A stretch of DNA of 64,000 bases from Lytechinus pictus (Eukaryota), in assembly GCF_037042905.1 (NCBI RefSeq), contig NC_087252.1, forward strand, positions 13,456,001-13,520,000. The letters are read 5' to 3'. How positions within the stretch are numbered: position 1 is the stretch's first letter; the number at the start of each line of letters is the position of its first letter. Of this stretch, positions 25,601-37,100 are shown one piece after another. The notes beneath the pieces were generated by a model. The model saw only the letters and a program-made list of their open reading frames with translations, did not search any database and was not told the DNA's origin. A program made the translations under genes and the position numbers.

Positions 25601-28600
25601 TTATTTATTCATTCAGTCTTATTTAAAAACAGGGTAATCCTTTCAGAGCCAAGAGGCCTTTTTTGAAAAGAGCCCTGTTACATACATATTACATACAAAT
25701 GAGAACTTATAATGTACAAAACCATAGAGATAGAACTACACAAAATAATACAACACATATGTAATTAAACTAAATTGAACTAAAATAAAGTAAACTGAAC
25801 AAAACTGAACTACACTAAAAGCATAACAAAACAAGACATGAAAAAAGAAAAGGAAACCGGTAACCAGCACGACATAAAAAGTTTGGCGTCTATTAGTACG
25901 ATTATAACAGAAAATGACCCAGGAATTTCCTGCATTATTTTAACAATGACAGGTTGATTGTGCGTATTTGGGTCTTAAAAGAATTGAGTGTAGTTGCCGT
26001 ACGAATATAGGTTGGTAGTTTGTTGTAGATACTGGGGGCTACGAATGAAAATGACAGTTTTTTAAATTTAGTACTGGGTTTTGGTATGAACAGTGGATTT
26101 AATGTAGAATGGCGGGTGCCATAATAGATTTTGTAGCAAGACCATTCAAGTAATAGGGTGCTAATTCATTAAGTATTTTAAAGACAGAAATACAATACTG
26201 ATAGTTAATTCTACTGTCAACGCTTTGCCATCCGATACTATTAAGTAGAGTTTCTTTGGTAGTTGTGTTGTCTGCGTTAAGAACTAGTCTTGTATATCTG
26301 TTCTGGGTGCGTTGCAGTTTTATCAAGTCCGTTTGTTACATTTAGAAGAAGAAGAAAAAAAAACTACCACACCAATTGTTATGGGCGTTACACTTTTCAG
26401 AACTCAATTTCCTTGAAATTGGTATTTAATTTCAACAAGATATAATTTTTATGAGTAAGTCATACCCTTGCAAAGCCCAAGGTTTATTGTTTATTCTCTT
26501 TGTGTAGCGCTGGTATTTGTGCTTAAACTGTGGAAAAAAGTGAAGTGTCCTCTACTCAAAAATAAATCACAGACATCTTGAACCAATTCTAAAGTTAGAA
26601 TAGATCTATATTTCAGGTAGAATTATTGCCTAAAATCTGGCTAATTTCATAACATATTCTGAAGCAACAATTTTGGAAGGCATACCACGTGGGGCTAAAT
26701 AACCAGATTTAGGCGTGAACTTTTGGATGTCTCCTGTAACGTATTTTCGCAATCATTACCTAGACACCTTCTACAACGCACCAATTCCATTGAAAATGCA
26801 AGTTAGATCACGATAAATGGGCAGCTGAGAGGTTTTTGTCAAAAGTTGATTGGCAGGGATAGCAGATCGCAAGAAAAATCGCAAATATATGGTTTGTCCA
26901 GAGTCCAGTATGCCACTGCTGTTATAGTTCACCGATTTTCGACCAGGGGTTTTGTCATTGAGTGATTTTGAAAAGAATATTCTTTGCATTTATAGAAAGC
27001 ATCTGCGTAGTTATTGCGAAAATGCCCTAATAACAATACTTAAAGGACAAGTCCACTCCAACAAATAGTTGATTTGTATAAAAAGAGAAAAATCCAACAA
27101 GCAAAACACTGAAAATTTTATAAAAATCGGATGTAAAATAAGAAAGTTATGACAGTTTTAAGTTACGATTAATTTCACAAAACAGTTATATGCACATCCC
27201 GGTCGGTATGCAAATGAGGGAACTGATGACATCACGCACTCAATATTTCTTTTGTATTTTATCGTATGAAATATTCGAATTTTCCTCCCATTGTCCTGTG
27301 AAACAAAGGTTTATTTCTCCCTGAACATGTGAAATTACCATTGTTTAACATTTAATGGTTCAGTCATGTTGGTCCTTATTTTCAAATCTGTAAAAATTGA
27401 TATATTGCATAATTCAAACAATAAAAAACAAAAGAAATAGTGAGTGAGGGACATCATCGATTCTCTCATTTGCATGTGACTAAAATGTGCATATAACTAT
27501 TTTGTGAAAAATAAGAAAATTTCAAAATGTCATAACTGTCTCATTTTACATTCGATTTTGATGAAATTTTCATCATTATTCTGATTCTGATTTTCTTCTA
27601 TTGATTTAAATCAACGCTTTTCTGAGGTTGACTTGACCTTTAACATCAGGGTCCCGTAACACAAAGGTTAGCGAGTAATCGTATGCTTGATTTTTACGAT
27701 TGATTGTACATTTTTAGTCAATGCAATCAATCGTAGTAAAATGTTCTATGATCATTACTAAGCTTTGTGTTACGGGCGTATAATGATGATGATAATAGTA
27801 ATAATGATTATAAAGATTTACCAGAAATCTAACCTCACACTTCCCTGATGTTACTACTACTGCTACTACCACTACTACTAACTATACTACTACTACTACT
27901 ACTGGGCGTTGTGGCGTGCGCCTGTAATCCAAGCTGTGGGGAAGTTACAAATTGATGCAGAGGTTCGAGGTTCGAGCCCTGGTCACGTCTTTCGGATGGT
28001 GACGTTAAAGGTCGGTCCCAGACGTAAATAATCATATCTGATTGATACACGTCTGACAAAACTCAAATACACACACACACTACTACTACTACTTCTACTG
28101 TACTACTTCTACTGTACTACTTCTACTACTAATACTACTGCTCCTACTAATCGGATCTAAATGAGAAATCAAGAAACACAATTTTAGATATGTACTGTTA
28201 AACACCAGCCTTATGTTTTTATGAAATTATCAATGCGAATAAAGCGTGACTCCAGCCATGGTTCTGTAAAACGGAAAGTTGCAACCCAAGTGAATTTCTA
28301 TATAGGCGGCAATGCGAGTATTAGCTGAATCATAAGTTTTCAGCACTGAAATGATTTGTTTCCATTGTTTTAGATTTATGATGACAGGGACTCTTCACAC
28401 ATTCAACTTGACATTTAAGAAATCAATACGTGTATTAGGGACTTGCAATTGTTGTTTTATTTTCAGTTGTAATTAACGACACCGCCTTCTTGCAACGGAC
28501 CCCCAAGATACAAAACTTCTCCAGAGTTTTTCGCAATGTCCCCAATTAGAGATTAAAGGTAGACGCTTTACTATTATCCAAACGAAAATAAATTCTGCAT

Positions 28601-31600
28601 TAAAAAAAAACTCTTTTCAGATCCGAAGCTTCCCCTTGCTAGTATCAGGCAGATGACTTCTTACTCTGTACCCGACAAATACTCCGATACAGAACGTCAA
28701 AATGTTTCTCATCAGGGGCTACATAACTGCAGTAGGCCAACCCTTTGCATGGAAATGACTCCATCAGGTAAACCGATATTTTTTTTTAAAAAAGAAGTCT
28801 TTCATTGTAAAACCAAAGCAACAAAGCCACTTTAGCTTTGCCTGAGCATGTATTAAACTAGCTTACATGTATATCCTAGGCCTATCATACGAACTCTTAT
28901 AGGAGTTACGCGAGGTATGGAGAGTTTAAAAAGACAGCAAATATTTGGAAAATGTCCGTCAAATGACATAAAAAAAGATGGAGGTCTTTGTCGAAAATTG
29001 CTAAACCAGAACAGCAGTTTCCTCCTAAGTTCTGGAGCTGATGAAAAATTGCACTTATTTCGTTTGTCTAGAGTCAAGGACGATAGTGCTGTTTTGATTT
29101 CCCATGCAATTTTCGAAAAAGTATTCTTGGTTGTTCTTTGTCATAGTATTAAGGCATTTGACAATGCATTTACTCAGCTCTTGAACCCGCCGTACATCGC
29201 GGAGTAAAAAAAAACCTTTCATCAAGGTTCTTGTAACGCCCACCAGACTTTTTTCTTCGATCTTGCCGAGTAAAAGCTAACCTGGCGGCCAAAAAAATAT
29301 ATTGAATGGTCTGGGAAGATTCATTTAATATGTAGTACACAATATTTTTTTTCCCTTTTTTTTCTACAAAGTAGAAGAAGAAATAATCATAATATATCCA
29401 TATCCAGTCTGAGAAAAAAAGGTATGACCCAATACATAACAAGTTAAATATCAGACACATTTGCATTCATTCAATTTTTACTATTCTCAAGTTTCATACA
29501 ATTGAACCAAAATGCAAGACAACCTTAAAAAAGAACCTTAGTAAAAATGCATAGTATATTCTATCCTATCTATTGTTTCTGGAGCAAGTCGGGCATTGTT
29601 TACACAATCTACCTAGGACGGGGTCAGTCAAACTCAATTGGACGGCGTCAATCTCGATACTTCGTTTGCACTAAGAATGTTGGCTGATCCAGATTGTCAT
29701 GCTGAGAAAAGAGTTTCGATCAAGTTGATCTGTTCGGCGCTAGTTCTAATATTATAGGGCTTCGTTTTTCTAGTTCGGCAGGTAGGCTTATACGCATTCT
29801 TTGGTCAAATACCCTCTTCGAAGTAATTCTACAATTTATTACTATAGAAGAGAGTCTACATTGAGGTATGTCTTTTTCCGCACCGATTTGCTTGTCCTTA
29901 TCATTATTTTCTTTTTACTTATTGTAATGTTACCATTACGGTCGCATTAAGGAAATCAGCTCCAGACTGACCAAATGTACTTCGTTATTTCCAATGGCAT
30001 TCCTTTGATCGAATTGCGTTCGGTTCCACCGTGTGACTTGGCACAACCATTCATGCATACCTGTATATTGCATTTTTACAAGGTCCAAGAAGATATCACC
30101 TAGTGTTTTCCAAGGCTCTAGTGGATTGTGCCGATGTCCAGGCAAATGGGATGAATGCCAGTGGAATCTACAGTATCCATCCTAATGGGATCAAAGAACC
30201 TCTAAAGGTCTACTGTGATATGACCACTGCTGGAGGTGGCTGGACGGTAAGTAGATCCTATAGCATGTATAAGGTGGTATTACAGAGTTTTTGCATTTCC
30301 TACGGAGCCGCCCTCTACAACGCACCAATTCCTTTGAAAATGCAAGTCAAATCACAATGGAGAGCTGAGGGGCTTTTGTCGAATGTCGGTGGACTGGGAC
30401 AGCAGCGTAGTCTCTTAATTGATTCTGGACGACATATTTGCAATTGTTCGTCCGGTGTAGATCATCGGATGATCCGCTGTCCCGGTCCATCAACTTAATT
30501 TCGGCAAAAGCCTCTCAGCTCCCCACTGTGATTGGACTTGCATTTCCAAGGAATTGGTGCGTTGTAGAGAGCTGCTCCGTAGTAAATGTGGAAACTCTCT
30601 ATTGTTTTGTGCGTCCCAGAAAAAAGGAAGCCAATCTTTAAAGACAAATATCATCATCATGAAATATGTCTTGATTTGTATGTTAAACAGTGGAGCTTTA
30701 TGTTTGAAAAATCATGAAATTACTGGGTATAATGTGCGGAACATTTTTCTGAATGTACGTTGCACCAGTAATGTGGACGATATTATGTCCGATTTTATTT
30801 TATGTATAGGCTCGATAATAAGGATAGGATATCTCCAACAAACTGAAACAAATATTTTATTCAAACTGTAGGTCTTCCAAAGGCGGATGAACGGGTCAGT
30901 TGATTTCAATGCAAATTGGTCACTCTATAAGGATGGTTTTGGGAGTGTTTGGGGAGAACATTGGTTAGGAAACCAGAATGTATATCACCTGACGAATCAG
31001 CGCCCTTGCGAGCTTCGGATCGACCTCTACGACTTCAAAGGGAACACGATGCATGCGACCTACAGTCACTTCAGCATTTCCAACGAGACCATGAAATATG
31101 AATTGAGGCTTGGTTTATTTTCTGGAGGAGGGGCAGGTAAAACAGCCTTCTCTTCTTTCCATTTTCTTTTTTCCCCACCATTCTGATGCGATAATGTGTC
31201 ACAAACGAACGTTTGGTATCTATATCTATTTTCTATAAGATGGATAGAGCTGTAACTTCCTCGTTTGAGCTCCCCACCCCCTCCCCCCCAAAAAATACCC
31301 AAAAGGTGAAAGGTCAAGCGTTGCATGAAGTTCCCTATGGACGTTTCACAATTTTTTTTCTATTGCGTGTGTGCGTGCGAGTGCGTACGTGGAGTACTTT
31401 ACGCGTTGGTACAGCCTCATATATCTTTAATTGTGTCATGAAGTACTTTCTTTCCCTAATTTGCCTCAAAGTCGTACGTGCAGCATCGCACAAAAAGCTT
31501 TATCCAGCTTATGAATATCCATATCGATGCTTTAAGTCGAGTTCTTACGATCTCGACCCTCGATTTTATCCTCCAGGAGACTGCCTTACACAACACAACG

Positions 31601-31842
31601 GACACAAATTCAGCACCAGAGATCAAGACAATGATTTGTATGACGAATTCAACTGCGCTGAGGTTTACCAAGCTGGATGGTGGTATAAAAATACGTCGGA
31701 ACGGATGTGCAGACTGAATGGGATTTACATTAATGAAGACGCTACAATTATAAAATTTAATAAAGGCATACTTTGGTCTTGTTGGAGTATGAACTCTCTT
31801 AAAGGAAGTGAAATGAAGCTCCGTCCGTTTTCGGAGGCTTAA
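22692..31842 (+). CDS. Secreted fibrinogen-related domain protein, copy 2, complete (316 aa; MFAP4/tachylectin/ficolin-type FReD without a collagen region)
   Basis: Exons 22692-22755 (signal peptide MLISRTITITILMIALAMAKP), 24993-25037, 28621-28767, 30083-30246, 30872-31136 and 31577-31842 splice in frame (951 nt) with canonical sites. Confidence 0.92.
23517..24791 (-). mobile_element. 5'-truncated CR1/L2-group LINE (RT C-terminal part and 3' tail) in FReD copy 2 intron 1
   Basis: ORFs 24315-24785 (GVPQGSILGPL, DADDT) and 23787-24257; (TAAA)n-like tail; empty site catttatttacta|ggcctactta at ~1151-1172. Confidence 0.9.
25600..26335 (-). mobile_element. 3' fragment of a related CR1/L2-group LINE
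   Basis: ORF 26099-26326 (KLQRTQNRYTRLVL..WQSV..RINYQYC) resembles ORF 23787-24257; similar 3'-end motif cagggt...ccctg at 25630-25677. Confidence 0.75.
27044..27639. mobile_element. Kolobok-type MITE (family B), TTAA TSD
   Basis: Same termini as 10169-10763; empty site aatacttaaaatca at ~3847. Fragments also at ~16910-17050, ~45360-45480 and ~53555-53665. Confidence 0.85.
27648..27778. mobile_element. Short MITE (cccgtaacacaaag...ctttgtgttacggg)
   Basis: Inverted termini; absent in unit 1 (~3860); a relative lies at 22399-22565. Confidence 0.65.
27902..28080 (+). mobile_element. SINE-like insertion: 7SL/Alu-domain-like head, B-box, Deu/Nin-like core, (CA)n tail
   Basis: Head ctgggcgttgtggcgtgcgcctgtaatccaagct; B-box ggttcgagccc; core gtctttcggatggtgacgttaaaggtcggtccc; flanked by tactactact on both sides; absent from the paralogous (CTA)n tract at 3940-4250. 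Confidence 0.72.
29344..29600 (-). mobile_element. 257-bp insertion with 8-bp TSD and A-rich tail on the minus strand
   Basis: TSD tacacaat (29336-29343, 29601-29608); T-runs at the left end; absent at ~6820. Confidence 0.55.
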
Positions 31843-32173
31843 ACGTCACAAGCGAAAGCCAACCTAGTTAGGGCCAATTACATAAAGTTATATGTTGACT
31901 ACTAATTCGGCCTCATTAAAATTTTCAAAGGGGAGGATAGCTCTGGGGAACTTCGATTTAAGCTACGCACATCCCCATCTCTATCCCAATTTCTTTCTTT
32001 ACACACACACACAAATACACACGCACGCACACTTACATTTAAATGCTGTCGAGAGTAGATGGAGAAACAATAACATTGGTAATAATCCGTGACAGCGGCG
32101 GAAACACATTTATAGACCTTAAATTCATTTACGCAATCACGCAGCAGCTAATTGCCTTACGTTGACCTGCAGC

Positions 32174-32981
32174 TAGCCTCTTGTCGAGTCCCTGGCGGCT
32201 GCTTCCCGAGCGAAGCGAGGGATTTCCTAATTCGCGAAGCGAATTAGGCCTGGCGAGCGCAGCGAGCCAGGGCCTCTTGACATCTGAGCTGAATTATATA
32301 TTCATGAGGAACATCTTCCTAATGAATATACATGAGTCATGAATATTACCGGTCACCTAGTAAACCATGTCAAAGCTGTTTCGTCCGGGGTTCGGAATAC
32401 TAGTAGTCCACTATTCTGCAGGGGATTCATTTAATTGCGGGACCCTAAACGGGATTTAACCAGCAAAATGCTACATGTAGTGGTACTACTACTACTACTA
32501 CTAGTACTAGCCGTAACAGACCCATCACCGCCCCGAAACTTCCCGGGAGATTGGCCTGGTCAGATTCGAGTCAAGGGGAAGCACCACTAACTGCAAAACC
32601 CGACTTCAGCATTCCCTCACTGCACCGCGGAGATCGATAATCGACGCAGAGTGGAATCGCATGAAAGATTACATTTTTCCATATCTTGTTGGGTAGATTT
32701 ACAAAAACATCTCGTCCTTTCAGTGCAGATTTAATTTCATCGACTTGCAAATCCTTAAATCGGTCAATATTCAGCATTTTAGAGGCATATTCAATGCTCT
32801 TTGATATTTCGTCGTCACTCTTCGCCAAGAATACACTGGTCGCCATTCAAGATGAGCTCATGAATATTCAATATGTCGTCATAGCAGCCCGCGCTCTCAT
32901 TGGATAATTTTCACCGACCAGTTTTTGGTCGGAATATTGGTAAAAACAATAAAAAACTAAATAAAGTCGGTCAAGAGGCTA
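32174..32981 (-). mobile_element. Non-autonomous AcademH-type DNA transposon with RecQ-like helicase fragment
   Basis: TIR tagcctcttg...caagaggcta; 9-bp TSD acctgcagc (32165-32173, 32982-32990); single copy of the target at 9651-9659; ORF 32571-32846 contains FKDLQ..IKSALKGRDVFVNLP. Confidence 0.8.
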
Positions 32982-33090
32982 ACCTGCAGCTGGTGCATCT
33001 CTGACAAACTTCCGTTTACGTGTCCTCTCAGCATGGATCCTCTCCGGGAGGGCGCAACGATATTTCGACCTCAAAGGCATTACTCTCTAT

Positions 33091-33573
33091 AGTGAGTCAC
33101 AGAAAAAGGGGAAACCGAGACTCCCATGTTTCTTCCTTCACAGGCAAATAAATTATGATGTTTTAATTTACATCATCATACAATTTAATTATTCCTATAT
33201 AATTTTGATACCTAACATGAGACGAACACGTCACGCGTCAATGAGCAAAACGAGTTTAAAATTCGAGTTGCGCAGTAAAATTGGACAAGATTGGTTCATA
33301 ATACGACGACCGTGGTAATTCGATGATATTCATGATATTTGTTAAGTTTCTCTCACTGATCCATGAAAAGAGAGTGGATTCAGATTCACACATGATTTTC
33401 AGCTGCAATCGTTTCTGCGTGCCTCATCTGTCAATGCGTGAACGATTTGCAAAGCTGTTGGTCCAGATAAGATTCCACTCTTTTCGTTAAAACCAAATTT
33501 ATAGCAAAAACACATTTAACAATTGTGAAATCTATCACTGAAAACGGATTTCCCTGATTTGTGGGACGCACTG
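33091..33573. mobile_element. Old Tc1-type MITE downstream of the FReD gene, shared by the units
   Basis: tagtgagtcacagaaaaagg...tttgtgggacgcactg|ta; paralog at ~9754-10824 (interrupted by a family B MITE) and right part at ~46370-46702. Confidence 0.6.
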
Positions 33574-34117
33574 TATTTCGAACTTGCTTCTTGGGATGTT
33601 TGTGCCTGTATGTGACAATTAACCTGAAATCGAGGACGTTAGGGGGAAATGCAAATTTATTTATTTTTCTTCAAATTATTATATTTGCAGCCAGTTGGGT
33701 GTCTGTAAGTTACTTATGCTGCAATCTCACCAGCTAATAGCTGCAAATAGCTTTTGCAGGTCTGGGCCCCGTCTTACAGAGAGTTACGATTGACCGTAAC
33801 CCTATGGAAATCAATCGCTGTCATTTTTTTGGTACAGGAAATTTGCAAACTGTCCTTTGTAAAAACAGAGGCGAACACACCAAAATGTCAAGAAATCACT
33901 GAATTTATAAATATACATCAAATCTAGAATTATTTTTATGGAACAAACATGCATTTTTAGTTGTGGGCGTTGCTGGCGTTCCATAGTTGAGGTTGATCAG
34001 ATTAATCTCAACTCTTCGTTAGACGGTGCCAGGTGTGTGGAATGTGATTGCGAGGTTACCGATTACATCGTACGTGAAGTTCCATAACAAACAAACAGAT
34101 AAACAAAATGTACTCAA

Positions 34118-37100
34118 TTACCAATGTGCAGCCTACTCATGCCTTGTGTACTGAAAGCTCTCTCTCCTGTATCGGAACAGCAAGTTTTGTATGTGCTAGT
34201 CTTTTGCTAGTCTTTTGCTATATACAAAACATGAATGACGATGCTCTCCTCCTGTGGCTGTGATCTTTTAGATTTGTGTTTATAAAAAATCTGATTATCA
34301 AAGACTGGATTGTTACCAAGAGCCCTTTCATCTTATGGAATATACTGGCTATCGAAATTAGGAAAGATCGGTGCAGGATGACAAGTTTTTGAACTTGATT
34401 TCCATTTTCCTGTGTCTTAGCAGTACTATGCTATTTTACAGTACAGTCCCTCTCATTCCTTTTTGTGTGAAGTGGATTTTACTTATGGCATTAGCCCTCA
34501 TACTTGACTGTGTTGGCTGGTTATCCTTGATCTGTCATCATGGCAGGTGGCAGCAACCTTGTTGCGCCTGAAGTGTTTAAAGGGGCAGATGGAGCTGTGT
34601 TTATCATAGATGAACTGTTATGTTTTCTTTCTAATAAGCTGAATACGATCACGACTGATGAACTAGTCAGACTGATTTCTTCTTCCTTTAAATCTGAGGA
34701 GATTGAGGAGTAAAAAAAAAGGCCCTATTTGATTCGTGTGGTGATTTTGGTTCTCAGAGGAATGTACAGCATAAGGGCCCTTCAAAGGACATTAATAACA
34801 TTAAGCAATGATCAAATTGCTTCTTGAATGTGGTGACAGGGCTCCCACGTTTGTTGCCCTGGATTTGAATAGGCTTCCACCTGTGAGCTTTGATAGTTTG
34901 GATGTGTCTGCCTTACTTGGTAGACTCCAAAAGTTAGAGGGAGAGATGTCAGCTCTGAAACAATCTGTGTTGTGTCAGGCAAAAGTTCCAGAAGATCTGC
35001 AGCTAGTTGCTTCACAAATGGATTTGCGAGTGTCTTCGTTCAGTGCAGCACCAAAAGCTAAATTCACGTCTACGAAGTCTGATGTTCCTGATGTACCGGT
35101 GCCGAATATACCGGTGCCACAAGAAGACCAAATATATGATTCTTGGAGCCAGGTAGTACGACGACGTGGTGGGAGGCGTAGAGCTTCACCTGAAGAGTCC
35201 GTCGACAGGCAAACCACAAACGTTCGGGTGACGAAACAGCCGGAAAAGAAGCCCGGTATTGTGGGGACTGCCTCTGTTGGGGGAATACTGGCAGCCAAGA
35301 CCAAAGAGGTTAATGTGTTTGCCACGAGATTCGACCCTGAGCCGGATTCCTCCACTCTCCAGGGATATCTCCGTGAGAAGATAAACGATTCTATTACGTG
35401 TCGAAAAATAGTTAAAGAGAATGACCGTTTTTCCTCATTCCATACCACTGTCTTATGCAATGATGTGAATGACATGTATGCGCCTGATATCTGGCCAGAT
35501 GGTATTTTTGTCAGGAGGTATTTTGAACCTCGAAAGCAGAGACCTGGCGTGCATGATGCAGGGTCCTCTGGGCCTGGCAGAGAGAACTGAAACAGACCTA
35601 GCTAGGTTTTTGCTTTTTTTGCTCCTTTTTTTCTTCCTTAGATCCAAATTCAAAGTTATCAGTTATAATTGTCGGGGAATGCGTCTTGGGCAGAGTACTG
35701 CTGACAAAAGCCGTCATTTTGTCATTGAACTTTTTTCAATGAAGATGTAGATATCATATGTCTTCAAGAAACGTGGCTAGCTAAGCAAGATTTAAATAAA
35801 ATTAACTCTCTACATCCTTCATATCATGGTATTGGGGAATCTACCACAGATCTTAGAAATGGTTTTGTCCAAGGTCGAATACCTGGAGGAGTTGCTATCC
35901 TTTGGAATACTAGATATGAACACCTAATAAGTGAAATCAGATTTAATACTGATTGGGCTGTAGGTATTAAAATTACTTGAGATGATAAAAAAATTGTTAT
36001 TATTAATGTATACACCCCTTTTGAAAGTCTAGATAATGAAAGTCTTTTTCTTGAGAAATTAGGCTACATTTCTTCTGCTGTGGCAGAGTTGGATACCACA
36101 AGTGTTTTTATAGTTGGTAATTGGAATGCGGACATCTCTGATCATGGTTCGCTTTTTGCAAATCACTTGAAGGCATTTTGTAATTATAATAATAATGTTT
36201 TATCAAGTCTTGATTTTTTACCAGGTGGAAGTTATACATATGTTAGTGAAACTTGGTATACTACTTCTTGGTTAGATCAATGTATTAGTACAGCAGATGC
36301 TCATGACTCCATCGAGGATATTAAGATAGAATACAAATTTGCTACCCCAGATCATATTCCAAATAGTATATCAATTGATTTTGGGCACTTGCCAGGTCAA
36401 ATGAAGACTGGTTCGAATAATATTAGAAAGGGGAAGATAGATTGGATGAGGATTAATGATAGTCTCAAAGATGAATATTGCCGCCGAACTGAGTTAGGGT
36501 TAAATGAAATAAATTTGGTGTCTGATGCCTTTTCTTGTAATGATCCTAATTGTACAACTTGTGGTCACATAGGTGAATTATGTAATTTGTATAACAGTAT
36601 TGTAGATGTTTTATGTGATGCAAGTGATTGCTTGTATAAGTTTAAAAGGGTCCAGGGACATTCAAAGCCTGGCTGGAATGAACATGTTGCACAGCTTCAC
36701 TCACAGGCTCGAGAAGCTCTTTTGCGTTGGTAGAGGATGGACAAATTATAAATGGCCCTCTCTTTGAGTTGAAAAATAAGGCGAATGCGCGTTTTAAATA
36801 TGCTTTACGTTTTGTTAAAAATAATGAAAACACTATGTGTGCAGATTCAATTGCTAGTAAACTGCAAATTAAGAGTTATGATGATTTTTGGAAAGAAATC
36901 AGGTATATGAATAATAGTAAGTCACCCTCACCTACAAACATTGAAGGTGTCACAGGAGATAATGAAACATGTGAACTATGAAGAAAGCACTATAAGGATC
37001 TGCTAAATTGTGTTAGAAGTGAAATGCTTTTAGTTAAATATGTTTCTTTTCATGATGATATGATTGTTTCCCCGGAAGAAATTGTAAAAGCCATTAAGAA

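Noticed and set aside
27902..28080. Functional 7SL/SRP RNA gene, tRNA gene or human Alu contamination
   Set aside because: No S domain, no cloverleaf, no Alu body or poly-A; embedded in colinear host sequence with an empty paralogous site.
32571..32846. Host RecQ helicase gene
   Set aside because: Short, frameshifted at motif I, and enclosed by TIRs and a TSD.
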